Source of the DNA: Oscillospiraceae bacterium
Lineage (GTDB): Bacteria; Bacillota; Clostridia; Oscillospirales; Oscillospiraceae
NCBI GenBank assembly: GCA_016295225.1
Contig: JAEDLP010000001.1
Coordinates: 10,605 to 74,604, forward strand
Direction of reading: 5' to 3'
Length of the DNA: 64,000 nucleotides
Below the pieces are notes generated by a model, which searched no databases, was not told the DNA's origin, and worked only from the letters and a program-made list of their open reading frames with translations. This document shows, piece by piece, positions 38,801 to 46,930 of this stretch. Numbering within the stretch: the stretch's first letter is position 1; each line of letters starts with the position of its first letter. A program made the translations under genes and the position numbers.

Positions 38801-39420
38801 ACGACATTGGCTACGGCGGCGTGGATCACGTGCTGGCCTCCGGCGAGAACGTGAACATCTTGGTTCTGGATACCGAGGTCTATTCCAACACCGGCGGTCA
38901 GGCCTCCAAGGCCACCAACACCGGCGCTGTGGCCCAGTTCGCGGCAGCGGGCAAGGCCGTCCAGAAGAAGGATCTGGCAGCCATCGCCATGCAGTACGGC
39001 AACGTCTATGTGGCACAGATCGCCATGGGCGCCGATTACAACCAGACCCTCCGCGCCCTCATTGAGGCTGAGTCCTATCCCGGCACCTCCATCGTCATTG
39101 CCTACGCCCCCTGTATTAACCACGGCATCAAGATGGGCATGAAGAACACCATGCTGGAGATGAAGGCCGCCGTTCAGGCTGGCTACTGGCACCTGTTCCG
39201 GTTTGACCCTCGCCGGGCCGAGAACGGCAAGAACCCCTTCCAGCTGGATTCTCCCGAACCCATCATGGACTATCGTCAGTTCCTGGAGGGCGAGGTTCGG
39301 TACTCCTCCCTGCAGCTGACCTTCCCCGAACGGGCCCGGGAGCTCTTCGTCAAGTCCGAGCAGGAGGCCAAGGCCAAGTACCAGCGGCTGGTGGATCTGA
39401 GCCGCAGCTGGAACCATTAA
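35860..39420 (+). CDS. nifJ: Pyruvate:ferredoxin (flavodoxin) oxidoreductase
   Basis: MDGNTAAAH, YPITPSS, two CxxCxxCxxxCP clusters, ACAGCGE, GGDGWAYDIG. Confidence 0.97.
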   Translation: MARKQKTMDGNTAAAHVAYAFTEVAAIYPITPSSVMAELADKWSAEGRKNMFGQPVKVSVMQSEGGAAGAVHGSLTAGALTTTFTASQGLLLMIPNMYKIAGSLLPSVTHVSARALATHALSIFGDHSDVMSCRSTGYAMLCSANPQEVMDLGAVAHLATISGRVPFLHFFDGFRTSHEIRKVEMWDYEDLKEMVDMDALNAFRARALNPEHPVLRGSAQNPDIFFQVNETRNQFYDALPAVVEENMAKVNQRLGTNYQLFNYYGAPDAETVMVAMGSVCDAAEEVVDYMNGKGEKVGLIKVRLYRPFVTDRFVAAIPATAKNIVVMDRCKEPSAIGEPLYQDVVTALASSDRAGLRVVGGRYGLGSKDTTPGGILSAFRNGQSENPVRSFTINIVDDVTNRSLPILEEPDVADEGTIACKFWGLGGDGTVGANKNSIKIIGDNTDMKVQAYFQYDSKKSGGITISHLRFGKNEIKASYYVTKADFVACHLASYIEKFDIVQDIKPGGTFLLNCPWDLAELEEHLPAAAKRYLARNNIRMFTCDATHKAIELGMGNRSNTILQAAFFKLANVIPVEDAVQHMKDAIVKSYGHKGMDVIMMNYNAVDAGVESIREIPIPMGWADAQEEDAEDNLKIDRPDVAQYVKDVMIPANAMRGDAIPVSKLMPGADGTLPQGTAAYEKRGIAVSVPMWDENACIQCNLCSYVCPHSCIRPVVMDANEVVAAPRGTKMHDMRGKGCEIYAFSMTVSVMDCTGCGSCEAVCPAATKALTMKPLNTQLGEQKVFDYGMEQVSRKQTPFAKETVKGSQFEQPLFEFSGACAGCGETPYVKLVTQLFGDRMYIANATGCSSIWGGSAPSTPYTVNKDGRGPAWENSLFEDGAEFGYGMNLAVNARQAAAADLARQVAQDEATPAAVALTAKKWLNHRKETEGSRTTGQALAEALAQAISSGTANEAQLKELYNMRDMFGQKSVWAFGGDGWAYDIGYGGVDHVLASGENVNILVLDTEVYSNTGGQASKATNTGAVAQFAAAGKAVQKKDLAAIAMQYGNVYVAQIAMGADYNQTLRALIEAESYPGTSIVIAYAPCINHGIKMGMKNTMLEMKAAVQAGYWHLFRFDPRRAENGKNPFQLDSPEPIMDYRQFLEGEVRYSSLQLTFPERARELFVKSEQEAKAKYQRLVDLSRSWNH

Positions 39421-39464
39421 ATGGAAAACTCATCATTCCTTCTATATCCATCCTTAGGGAAAGG

Positions 39465-39508
39465 AGAGACCGGCAGTGCCATTGCCATAGTGGCGCTGCC
39501 GGTCTTTC
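39465..39508 (+). terminator. Rho-independent terminator
   Basis: AGACCGGCAGTGCCA/TGGCGCTGCCGGTCTTT. Confidence 0.8.
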
Positions 39509-39616
39509 CATGGTAAAAAAGCAAGAGAAACGGGATGGTCCCGGCGGATTTTGGGAAAGCTAGCAGGGAATACAGCGGGGCGGCCCGATCCGCCCCGGGA
39601 ATTGAGGTGCTTGACC

Positions 39617-40591
39617 ATGTGTACCGCAGCAGTGTACCAGACGAAAGACCATTATTTTGGGCGGAACCTGGATCTGGAATACTCCTACCAGGAAAGCGTT
39701 ACCATCGCCCCGCGCAACTATCCCTTTTCCTTCCGTAAGCTTCCAGAGATGAAGACCCATTACGCCATCATCGGCATGGCCTATGTGCTGGAGGGCTACC
39801 CCCTCTATTACGACGCCACCAATGAAAAGGGCTTGAGCATGGCGGGTCTGAATTTCCCCGGCAGCGCGGTCTATTCCCCCTGTCAGGCGGGGAAGGACAA
39901 TGTGACCACCTTTGAGCTGATCCCCTGGCTCCTGGGCCAGTGCGCCACGGTGGACCAGGCTCAGAGCCTTTTAGAAAGCGTCAACCTGGCGGACTTGGCC
40001 TTCCGGGCGGATCTGCCCCCGGCTCCCCTCCACTGGTTCCTGGCGGATCAGAAACGGTCAATCACCGTGGAGGCGGTTCGGGAGGGGCTGAAAATTTACC
40101 CCAACCCCGTGGGACTCCTCACCAATGAGCCGCCCTTTCCCTTTCAGATGGCCCACCTGAGCCACTATATGGGTCTGTCCGCCCAGCAGGTTCAGAACCG
40201 GTTTGCCCCCCAGGTGGAGCTGATCCCCTACAGCCGGGGGATGGGGGCCATCGGCCTGCCGGGGGACCTTTCTTCCGCCTCCCGTTTTGTCAAGGCGGCC
40301 TTCACCAAACTCAACAGTGTGTCGGGGGATTCGGAGGAGGAGAGCGTCAGCCAGTTCTTCCACATCCTGGGCTCTGTGGAACAGCAGCGGGGCACCGTGG
40401 AAGTGGGGGAGGGCAAGCTGGTGACCACTGTGTACTCCTCCTGTTGCAATATGGACCGGGGGATCTACTACTACACCACCTATGAGAATCGACAAATCAC
40501 GGCTGTGGATCTGCACAAAGAGGATTTGGAGGGCAACACCCTGGTCTCTTACCCTCTTATTCAGGAACAACAGATATGCTGTCAGAACTGA
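39617..40591 (+). CDS. bsh: Choloylglycine hydrolase / bile salt hydrolase (Ntn hydrolase)
   Basis: N-terminal MCT nucleophile, YFGRNLD, NEKGL, LTNEP, GLPGDLSSASRF. Confidence 0.9.
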   Translation: MCTAAVYQTKDHYFGRNLDLEYSYQESVTIAPRNYPFSFRKLPEMKTHYAIIGMAYVLEGYPLYYDATNEKGLSMAGLNFPGSAVYSPCQAGKDNVTTFELIPWLLGQCATVDQAQSLLESVNLADLAFRADLPPAPLHWFLADQKRSITVEAVREGLKIYPNPVGLLTNEPPFPFQMAHLSHYMGLSAQQVQNRFAPQVELIPYSRGMGAIGLPGDLSSASRFVKAAFTKLNSVSGDSEEESVSQFFHILGSVEQQRGTVEVGEGKLVTTVYSSCCNMDRGIYYYTTYENRQITAVDLHKEDLEGNTLVSYPLIQEQQICCQN

Positions 40592-40596
40592 GGGGG

Positions 40597-41490
40597 TTAC
40601 ACCGTCTGGTGCTTTACGGCCAGACAGTAACTGACGTCTTGGGCGGCGGTCATGGGGTGCTGGGGATTCGCCTGGTTATACGAGGAGAAGAATTGCCGGG
40701 TGATCTCCTGGGATTCCAGGTGTTCGTAGATGAGGAAACCGTGATCTGATAAGATTCGCTCCATCTCCTGATAGGAATAGGCGGCCTGCATGGTTTCCCC
40801 GGCCCCGTGGGCAAGCTGGGCCTGCTTTCCGGCCAGGGACGAAGGGTAGTCAAAGACCAGGGAGCTGCCAGCGGGGATTCGTGTCCTGAGTGCCTCCAAA
40901 AGCTGATGAAAGGTGGCCGTCGGGAGGTAATAGAGCAGGCCCAACAGGCTGCAAAAACTTTGTTTCTCCGGGTCAAAGTTCGGACACTGATCCAGTACGG
41001 AGGTCCAGCCGGCATCGGCCAGATCCGTGGGAAGGAAGTGCAGATTGTCCGGCATGGGGATTTCTCTGTCCTGAAGCCGCCGGACCTTGTCCCGGATGGT
41101 GTCCGGGCGGTCCAGTTCAAAGATCTGTAGGGGGCCAGCCCACGGGGGCTGACGATAGGCGAAGGTATCGTATCCTGAACCCAGAATGAGATATTGCCCG
41201 GCCCCCAGCCCCACGGCTCGTTGGAGAGCTGTCTCCGCAAAGGCGGCCCGCCCCAGAGGGGTAGGGGCCAGGTGTTGATCCACCACCCGGCGGAGGGGGT
41301 CCTCCGAGGGGGAGTCTTCCGGGGAAAAGAAGGCGGCCCCGGCGGTCATGTGCTGGGCAATGGCGGTATACTCCTGGTCGGTCAGCATGGCCCGGGCCAG
41401 GGGGTCCCGAAAGACTGTCACCGAATTGTGCGCGGCGTGGTAGGCTCTGGAAAATGCGCTGACCAGGGCGGTCATGGATTGGGTCATCAT
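40597..41490 (-). CDS. Class I SAM-dependent methyltransferase (LCM/YktD-like)
   Basis: TAL...RA, DPLA, QYLILGSGYDTFAYR, FELD, LGLLYYL; AAAGGAG RBS. Confidence 0.88.
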   Translation of the reverse strand: MMTQSMTALVSAFSRAYHAAHNSVTVFRDPLARAMLTDQEYTAIAQHMTAGAAFFSPEDSPSEDPLRRVVDQHLAPTPLGRAAFAETALQRAVGLGAGQYLILGSGYDTFAYRQPPWAGPLQIFELDRPDTIRDKVRRLQDREIPMPDNLHFLPTDLADAGWTSVLDQCPNFDPEKQSFCSLLGLLYYLPTATFHQLLEALRTRIPAGSSLVFDYPSSLAGKQAQLAHGAGETMQAAYSYQEMERILSDHGFLIYEHLESQEITRQFFSSYNQANPQHPMTAAQDVSYCLAVKHQTV

Positions 41491-41615
41491 AGGCTCCTTT
41501 CTGCTGCTCAAAGGTCGGAAAGGACAATGAAATCTCCATGAGCGGCAGGTGGAGATTATGCCCTGTGCCGTGGCTGCCCCGCAGAGGCGGGCAGCACGAC
41601 TGGAATCACCTCCCA
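41491..41615 (-). promoter_or_regulatory. Structured leader with candidate 13-aa uORF (41556-41597)
   Basis: GGGAGGTGA RBS, GTG...TAA uORF, two hairpins and an alternative anti-SD pairing. Confidence 0.5.
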
Positions 41616-41687
41616 TTCTTATTACACCAGAGCCGGGAAAAGGACAAGACTTGATTTTTTTCTCATTTTGTGGTAATATAAGGACAG

Positions 41688-41735
41688 AAAAAAGGCGTGT
41701 TGCAGAGGGAAACCACTGCAGCACGCTCTCTTTTT
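41688..41735 (-). terminator. Terminator-like hairpin at the truncated IS end
   Basis: Minus strand GCGTGCTGCAG/CTGCAACACGC followed by T tract. Confidence 0.6.
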
Positions 41736-41804
41736 GCGCTCAAAGGGGCATTCTGCGTAAAAAGAAGCCGATTTTTGGAGAATGTGGGTATGGCAAAGCC
41801 AGCC

Positions 41805-42790
41805 CCCAGATTCATGGCAACAAACTTAAGCTTCACCCATTTTGTTACCTGGGCCAAGCCTCTGTATTGCGTATAACGCATAGCGTGCTTTTCCTTGGCG
41901 TCAGCAAAGACCCGCTCAATGGTCTCTTTCGGACGCTTATAAGAAGTGGAGAGAACTCTTCCATCATCAAATACTTTCTTGCAGATGTGAGGGGTCTTGT
42001 AAGCGGAGTCGGCAACAACGCTTTCCACGTCGGGAAAGGCTTCTGTTACCTGGTCATACACCTCGTCAAAGGCTACGCTGTCATGGACGTTGCCAGGGGT
42101 TACCACCGTGGCAAGGACAAATCCGTTCTCGTCGCAGGCTGTATGGGCCTCGTAAGCAAGCATCTGCTGGTGGCTTCCCTTCACAAACAAGCCGCTGTCC
42201 GGGTCGGTCACACTCTTTGTCACGGTGCGGATCTTCGCTTTCTTCCGGCGGGCCAGTTTCTTTTTGGAGGTATTATCCTTTCGCTTCTTCGGCGCTGCCG
42301 GCGGAGCGTCTCGTCATCCTCGTCGAAGGGCTTTTTCCCGTGAGCCTCTCTATCTGCGTTGATCTCCTCCATCAGTTCCTTTGCATAGTGCTTGGCTGCA
42401 GCGGGGACCTCTTCCTTTACCCGTTTCTTGGTATTGGCATTCGCCTTGATATGGGTGCCATCAATAAAGACCGCTTTGGCAGACAGATATCCTGCCTCTG
42501 CGATTTCTTCCAGGATCCAGCCAAACACCTGATCTACGGTTTCCTCCGTAAACCGGTGGCGAAAATTATAGCTCACCGTGGAAAAGTGAGGCGTTGCCTC
42601 CTGGAGGGTATAGCCCAGAAACCACCCTGGGCCGTCCGTTATCCTCGCTGTACAGAGGCTCCACCATGTCGTAAAGTCGGTTAAAATCTACTGCCGCATC
42701 GATTTTTCTCAGCAAATGGTCTTTAGGCACCAGACTTTCCGTGTCCACCATCTCTATGATACCTCGGTCCAGTTTTCCGCGTTCTAACAT
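41805..42790 (-). pseudogene. IS1182 transposase pseudogene
   Basis: Split over three ORFs (42566-42790, 42220-42576, 41663-42223); similarity ends after KLKFVAMNL. Confidence 0.85.
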
Positions 42791-42900
42791 TTTGCATCAC
42801 CCTGTTCCAGTTTACACCATACATACAAAAAAGAACAGCTGTTCCTCAACGCCACGTTCTTATTCACTTTGAGCCTTGCTGGACTTTTTCGACAGACTGA
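41805..42900 (-). mobile_element. Degraded IS1182-family insertion sequence
   Basis: Transposase fragments LVPKDHLLRKID, FIDGTHIKANAN, SVTDPDSG, TPGNVHDS, ETIERVFADAKEKH; IR-like end TCAGTCTGTCGAAAAAGTCC abutting the proC terminator. Confidence 0.85.
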
Positions 42901-42934
42901 ACGCACCGTGAGTACAATCACGGTGCGTTTCAGT
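42896..42934 (-). terminator. proC terminator hairpin
   Basis: ACGCACCGTGA-gtacaa-TCACGGTGCGT. Confidence 0.75.
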
Positions 42935-42944
42935 ATGGTGGAGA

Positions 42945-43745
42945 TCACTTGCCCAAGGCAGCGTTCTTGTCGCAGGCGGAGATGACCGCGTCCATGAACG
43001 CAGCGTGAACGGCCCGCTGTTCCAGGGTGCGGACGCCCTGGATGGTAGAGCCGCCGGGGCTGCATACATCGTTTTTCAGCTGCGCGGGGTGTTTGCCGGT
43101 TTCCAGGACCATCTGAGCGGCGCCCAGCATGGTCTGAGCGGCGTAGCACACCGCGTCAGGACGGGGAAGTCCGCAGGCCACGCCGCCGTCGGCGATGGCG
43201 TCCAGGACCATATAGACAAAGGCGGGGCCGCAGCCGGAGACGGAAGCGCCCACATCCATCAGAGACTCCTCGATGTGGTAGAGCTTACCGGCCTTTGCCA
43301 TGACGTGAAGAAAGCCGTCCAGCATGTCGGAGGTAACGGTTTCGCTGGCCTCATAGAGGACCACGCCCTGGCCCACAGCTACAGGGGTGTTGGGCATGAT
43401 GCGGACCACAGGATAGTCTTTGCCGGCCATCTCCTGAATCTGCGCAATGGTGAGACCTGCCGCCATGGAGACCAGCACCGGAGCCTCATGGCGGGCTTCC
43501 AGGGCGGGGCGAATGGACGCCAGCATGCCGCCCATCAGATGGGGCTTGACGCCCAGGAAAAGGTAGCGGCTGTTCCGGGCCGCTTCTTCGTTGTCGCCGG
43601 CCTGGAAGCCCAGCTCCCGGGCCAGAGCCTGGGCTTTTTCCAGGCTGCGGTCGGCCAGAATGCCGTCTTTCAGGGACTGGCTGACTGCATGGGCGATGGC
43701 GCCGCCCATGTTGCCGGAGCCAATGAGCCCAAAGGTATATTTCAT
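42945..43745 (-). CDS. proC: Pyrroline-5-carboxylate reductase
   Basis: IGSGNMG, GVKP, SMAAG, RIMPNTP, SGCGPAF, VCSPGGSTI. Confidence 0.96.
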   Translation of the reverse strand: MKYTFGLIGSGNMGGAIAHAVSQSLKDGILADRSLEKAQALARELGFQAGDNEEAARNSRYLFLGVKPHLMGGMLASIRPALEARHEAPVLVSMAAGLTIAQIQEMAGKDYPVVRIMPNTPVAVGQGVVLYEASETVTSDMLDGFLHVMAKAGKLYHIEESLMDVGASVSGCGPAFVYMVLDAIADGGVACGLPRPDAVCYAAQTMLGAAQMVLETGKHPAQLKNDVCSPGGSTIQGVRTLEQRAVHAAFMDAVISACDKNAALGK

Positions 43746-44037
43746 GGAAATCACTCCTGTTCGTGTCATCATGTGTGTTTGTCTGTGGCCCTTTGTCTCT
43801 CTGAGGAGAACGGTCACAGGGGGAATTCTATGTTGTCATTGTATCACAGGCAGCCAGGGACGGCAAGGGAATAGCGGTTGAAATGCAAGGTTTTTTCTCG
43901 TCAGAATGAAACAAGGGAGGGGAGGAAACCGGGATGGTTTTGGCTTCCTGTCCAAGGTTTTTCCGGAAATGGGAAAGTCCCTTGCATCGGCTGAAAAGGT
44001 GGAGTACAATTTGGAAAAATGAAGAGGAGAAAGTGGC

Positions 44038-45234
44038 ATGGACGAGACGCTTATGCAGGAAATTCGCTTGCTCAACCGGAAAAATACGGACTGTGCAAAA
44101 TGGGATTCCCTGTGGGAAACTTTTCATCAGGAAGACCTGCTGCCCATGTGGGTGGCGGATATGGATTTCAAAGCGCCCCAGTGTGTGCGTCAGGCTCTTC
44201 ATCAAGCGGTGGATCAGGGTGTGTTCGGATACTATCAGGTTCCGGACCGCTACTATGACAGCATTCTGACCTGGGAAAAGCTCCGTCATAACAACCATTT
44301 GGAGAAGGAATGGCTCCGCAATACTTCCGGTGTGGTGTCCGGCCTCTTTCATCTGGTGCGGGCGCTGACCCAGCCGGGGGATGCCATCATGGTCCAAACG
44401 CCGGTCTACTACCCCTTCTACCGGGTCATCGGTCATACCGGCCGGAAGGCGGTCTATCAGCCCCTCCTCCAGGAAAAAGGAACGTATACCGTTGACCTGG
44501 CGGACTTTGAGCAGAGGATTATTGACAACAATGTGAAGATCTTCCTCCTCTGCTCTCCCCATAATCCTGTGGGGCGCGTGTGGAGGCGGGAGGAACTGGA
44601 AGGGATGCTGGCCTGCTGCCGACGTCACAGCGTTCAGGTGGTGGCAGATGAGATCCATCACGATCTTATTATGCCCGGTCACACCCACATCCCGGCGGCC
44701 AGCCTATGGGAAGGGGAAAACAAACCCATCACCTTTTTTTCCGCCAGTAAGACCTTCAATCTGGCCGGCATGAAGAACTCCGTGCTGGTGCTCCCGCAGA
44801 AGGAGCAGCGGGAGAAGTTCGACGCCTTCGAGAAAGAACTGGGGACCGGACTGGGAAGTACCCTGGATTTTATCGCAGTCACGGCGGCCTTTGAAGAAGG
44901 TGCACTTTGGCTGGACGCTGTCTTGGCAGAGATCCAAGGCAATTACCAGCTTATGTGCCGCGCCCTGTCCCGGTTTGAGGGCGTTACCGTTTCTCCTCTG
45001 GAAGGAACCTACCTCATGTGGATCGATTTGGGAGGCATGGTTTCCCGCCAAGACCTTCACGATTTCGTCCAGAACAAGTGCGCCATCGCGCCGGACTATG
45101 GACACTGGTTCTTCCCGGAAAACGAATTGTCTGACGACACCCATATCCGCTTGAACTTGGCGGCGCCCCGGCAGACCATCCAGCGGGCGGCGGATCAGAT
45201 CACAGCGGCACTGAAAGACCTCCGGGGAGAATAA
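44038..45234 (+). CDS. PLP-dependent C-S lyase (MalY/PatB family)
   Basis: LPMWVADMDF, LCSPHNPVGRVW, DEIH, SASKTFN, GTYLMWID. Confidence 0.93.
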   Translation: MDETLMQEIRLLNRKNTDCAKWDSLWETFHQEDLLPMWVADMDFKAPQCVRQALHQAVDQGVFGYYQVPDRYYDSILTWEKLRHNNHLEKEWLRNTSGVVSGLFHLVRALTQPGDAIMVQTPVYYPFYRVIGHTGRKAVYQPLLQEKGTYTVDLADFEQRIIDNNVKIFLLCSPHNPVGRVWRREELEGMLACCRRHSVQVVADEIHHDLIMPGHTHIPAASLWEGENKPITFFSASKTFNLAGMKNSVLVLPQKEQREKFDAFEKELGTGLGSTLDFIAVTAAFEEGALWLDAVLAEIQGNYQLMCRALSRFEGVTVSPLEGTYLMWIDLGGMVSRQDLHDFVQNKCAIAPDYGHWFFPENELSDDTHIRLNLAAPRQTIQRAADQITAALKDLRGE

Positions 45235-45291
45235 ATGCCCGGGACATAAGAAACTATGGATATATTATTCAGCAAAGAAAGGAAACTTAGT

Positions 45292-45663
45292 ATGGAAATT
45301 CTGCACACCGACAAAGCACCCGCAGCCATTGGCCCCTACTCTCAGGCAATTGAGGTCAATGGATTTGTCTTCACCTCCGGTCAGCTGGGCATCATTCCCG
45401 ACACTGGCGCGCTGGCTCACAGCATGGCTGCCCAGACCGTCCAGGCTCTGGAGAATGTGACTGCTGTCCTGAAGGCAGCTGGCCTGACCCTGGACAACGT
45501 GGTGAAGACCACTTGCTACCTGAAGAGCATGGAGGACTTCTCCCTGTTCAACGAGATCTATGCTCAGTACTTTGTCAACAACAAGCCTGCCCGCTCCTGC
45601 TTTGCTGTGGCACATCTGCCCAAGGACGCGCTGGTGGAGATCGAAGTGATCGCTGCAAAATAA
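45292..45663 (+). CDS. ridA: RidA family enamine/imine deaminase
   Basis: APAAIGPYSQA, SGQLG, PARSC, LPKDALVEIE. Confidence 0.95.
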   Translation: MEILHTDKAPAAIGPYSQAIEVNGFVFTSGQLGIIPDTGALAHSMAAQTVQALENVTAVLKAAGLTLDNVVKTTCYLKSMEDFSLFNEIYAQYFVNNKPARSCFAVAHLPKDALVEIEVIAAK

Positions 45664-45685
45664 ATGATCTGCGTATTAGAACCAT

Positions 45686-45722
45686 AAAAGAGGACTGCCG
45701 GCCAAGGCAGTCCTCTTCGTTT
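45686..45722 (+). terminator. Rho-independent terminator
   Basis: AAGAGGACTGCC/GGCAGTCCTCTT. Confidence 0.85.
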
Positions 45723-45793
45723 GTCCGTTTTTGCTTGCGTATTTTGGTGGGATTTCGTACAATAAACTGTACTTTACCAAAGGAGAGCTGTCG

Positions 45794-46930
45794 ATGAAAC
45801 TCCTCCATCTTTCGGACCTGCACATTGGAAAGCGGGTCAATGAGTGTTCCATGCTGGACGACCAACGTTACATATTAAATAAATTGCAGGAGCTGGCCAT
45901 CGAAGAAACGGTGGACGGCGTCCTCTTGGCGGGAGACCTCTACGATAAGCCTGTGCCTCCGGCAGAGGCGGTGAGCCTGCTGGACGAGTTTTTTACGGGC
46001 CTTTCCCGGTCGGGAATCCCGGTCTTTGCCATCAGCGGCAACCACGACTCGCCGGAGCGGCTGAACTTTGGCAGCCGGCTCATGGAGGGGACGGGAATCC
46101 ATCTGGCGGCCGTCTATCAGGGGGCGCGGGAGCCGATCGTTCTCTGGGACACCCATGGCCCCCTGCATATCTATTTGCTGCCTTACCTGAAACCCGCCGT
46201 TCTCCGGCATGTTTACCCCGAGGCGGAGGTGACCACCTATGAGGATGCGGTCGCCTATGCCATCGACCGATGGGAGATCGATCCAACACAACGGAATGTT
46301 CTGGTGGCCCATCAGTTTGTGGTGGGCGGGACAACCTGCGAATCGGAGGAACTCTCCGTGGGTGGCCTGGACCAGGTCGGCGCCCAGGTTTTCGACGCCT
46401 TTGATTATGTGGCGCTAGGACATCTCCATGGCCCCCAGAAGATTGGCCGGGAGACCCTGCGCTACTGCGGGACCCCGCTGAAATACTCCTTTTCCGAGTG
46501 CCGTCATCAGAAGTCCGCCTGTTTGGTGGAGTTCGGGGAGAAGGGGAGCGTCACCGTCCGAACCATTCCCATCCAGCCACTGCGGGATCTGCGGGAGATC
46601 CGCGGGACCTACGATGCAGTGACCGCGAAATCCTTTTATGACGGGACCAACACGGAGGACTACCTCCATGTGATCCTCACCGATCAGGAGGATGTACCGG
46701 AAGCCATGGGGCGGCTGCGGGCCATCTATCCCAACGTGATGAAGCTGACCTATGATAACCTGCGCACCCAGAGCAGCCAGGAAATTTGGGGAGCGGAACG
46801 GCCGGAAACGAAATCCCCGTTGGAGCTCTTTCGGGATTTTTACCAGCTGCAGAATAACCAACCCATGAGCCAGGAGCAGGAGGACTTCCTCCTTGGGCTG
46901 ATGGAAACCATTTGGGAGGGAGAGCCATGA
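45794..46930 (+). CDS. sbcD: Nuclease SbcCD subunit D
   Basis: HLSDLHIG, AGDLYD, GNHDS, AHQF, LGHLH, YCGTPLKYSFSE. Confidence 0.95.
   Translation: MKLLHLSDLHIGKRVNECSMLDDQRYILNKLQELAIEETVDGVLLAGDLYDKPVPPAEAVSLLDEFFTGLSRSGIPVFAISGNHDSPERLNFGSRLMEGTGIHLAAVYQGAREPIVLWDTHGPLHIYLLPYLKPAVLRHVYPEAEVTTYEDAVAYAIDRWEIDPTQRNVLVAHQFVVGGTTCESEELSVGGLDQVGAQVFDAFDYVALGHLHGPQKIGRETLRYCGTPLKYSFSECRHQKSACLVEFGEKGSVTVRTIPIQPLRDLREIRGTYDAVTAKSFYDGTNTEDYLHVILTDQEDVPEAMGRLRAIYPNVMKLTYDNLRTQSSQEIWGAERPETKSPLELFRDFYQLQNNQPMSQEQEDFLLGLMETIWEGEP

Noticed and set aside
35773..39417. 1214-aa antisense ORF mirroring PFOR
   Set aside because: Codon-register mirror of nifJ; a codon-bias artefact.
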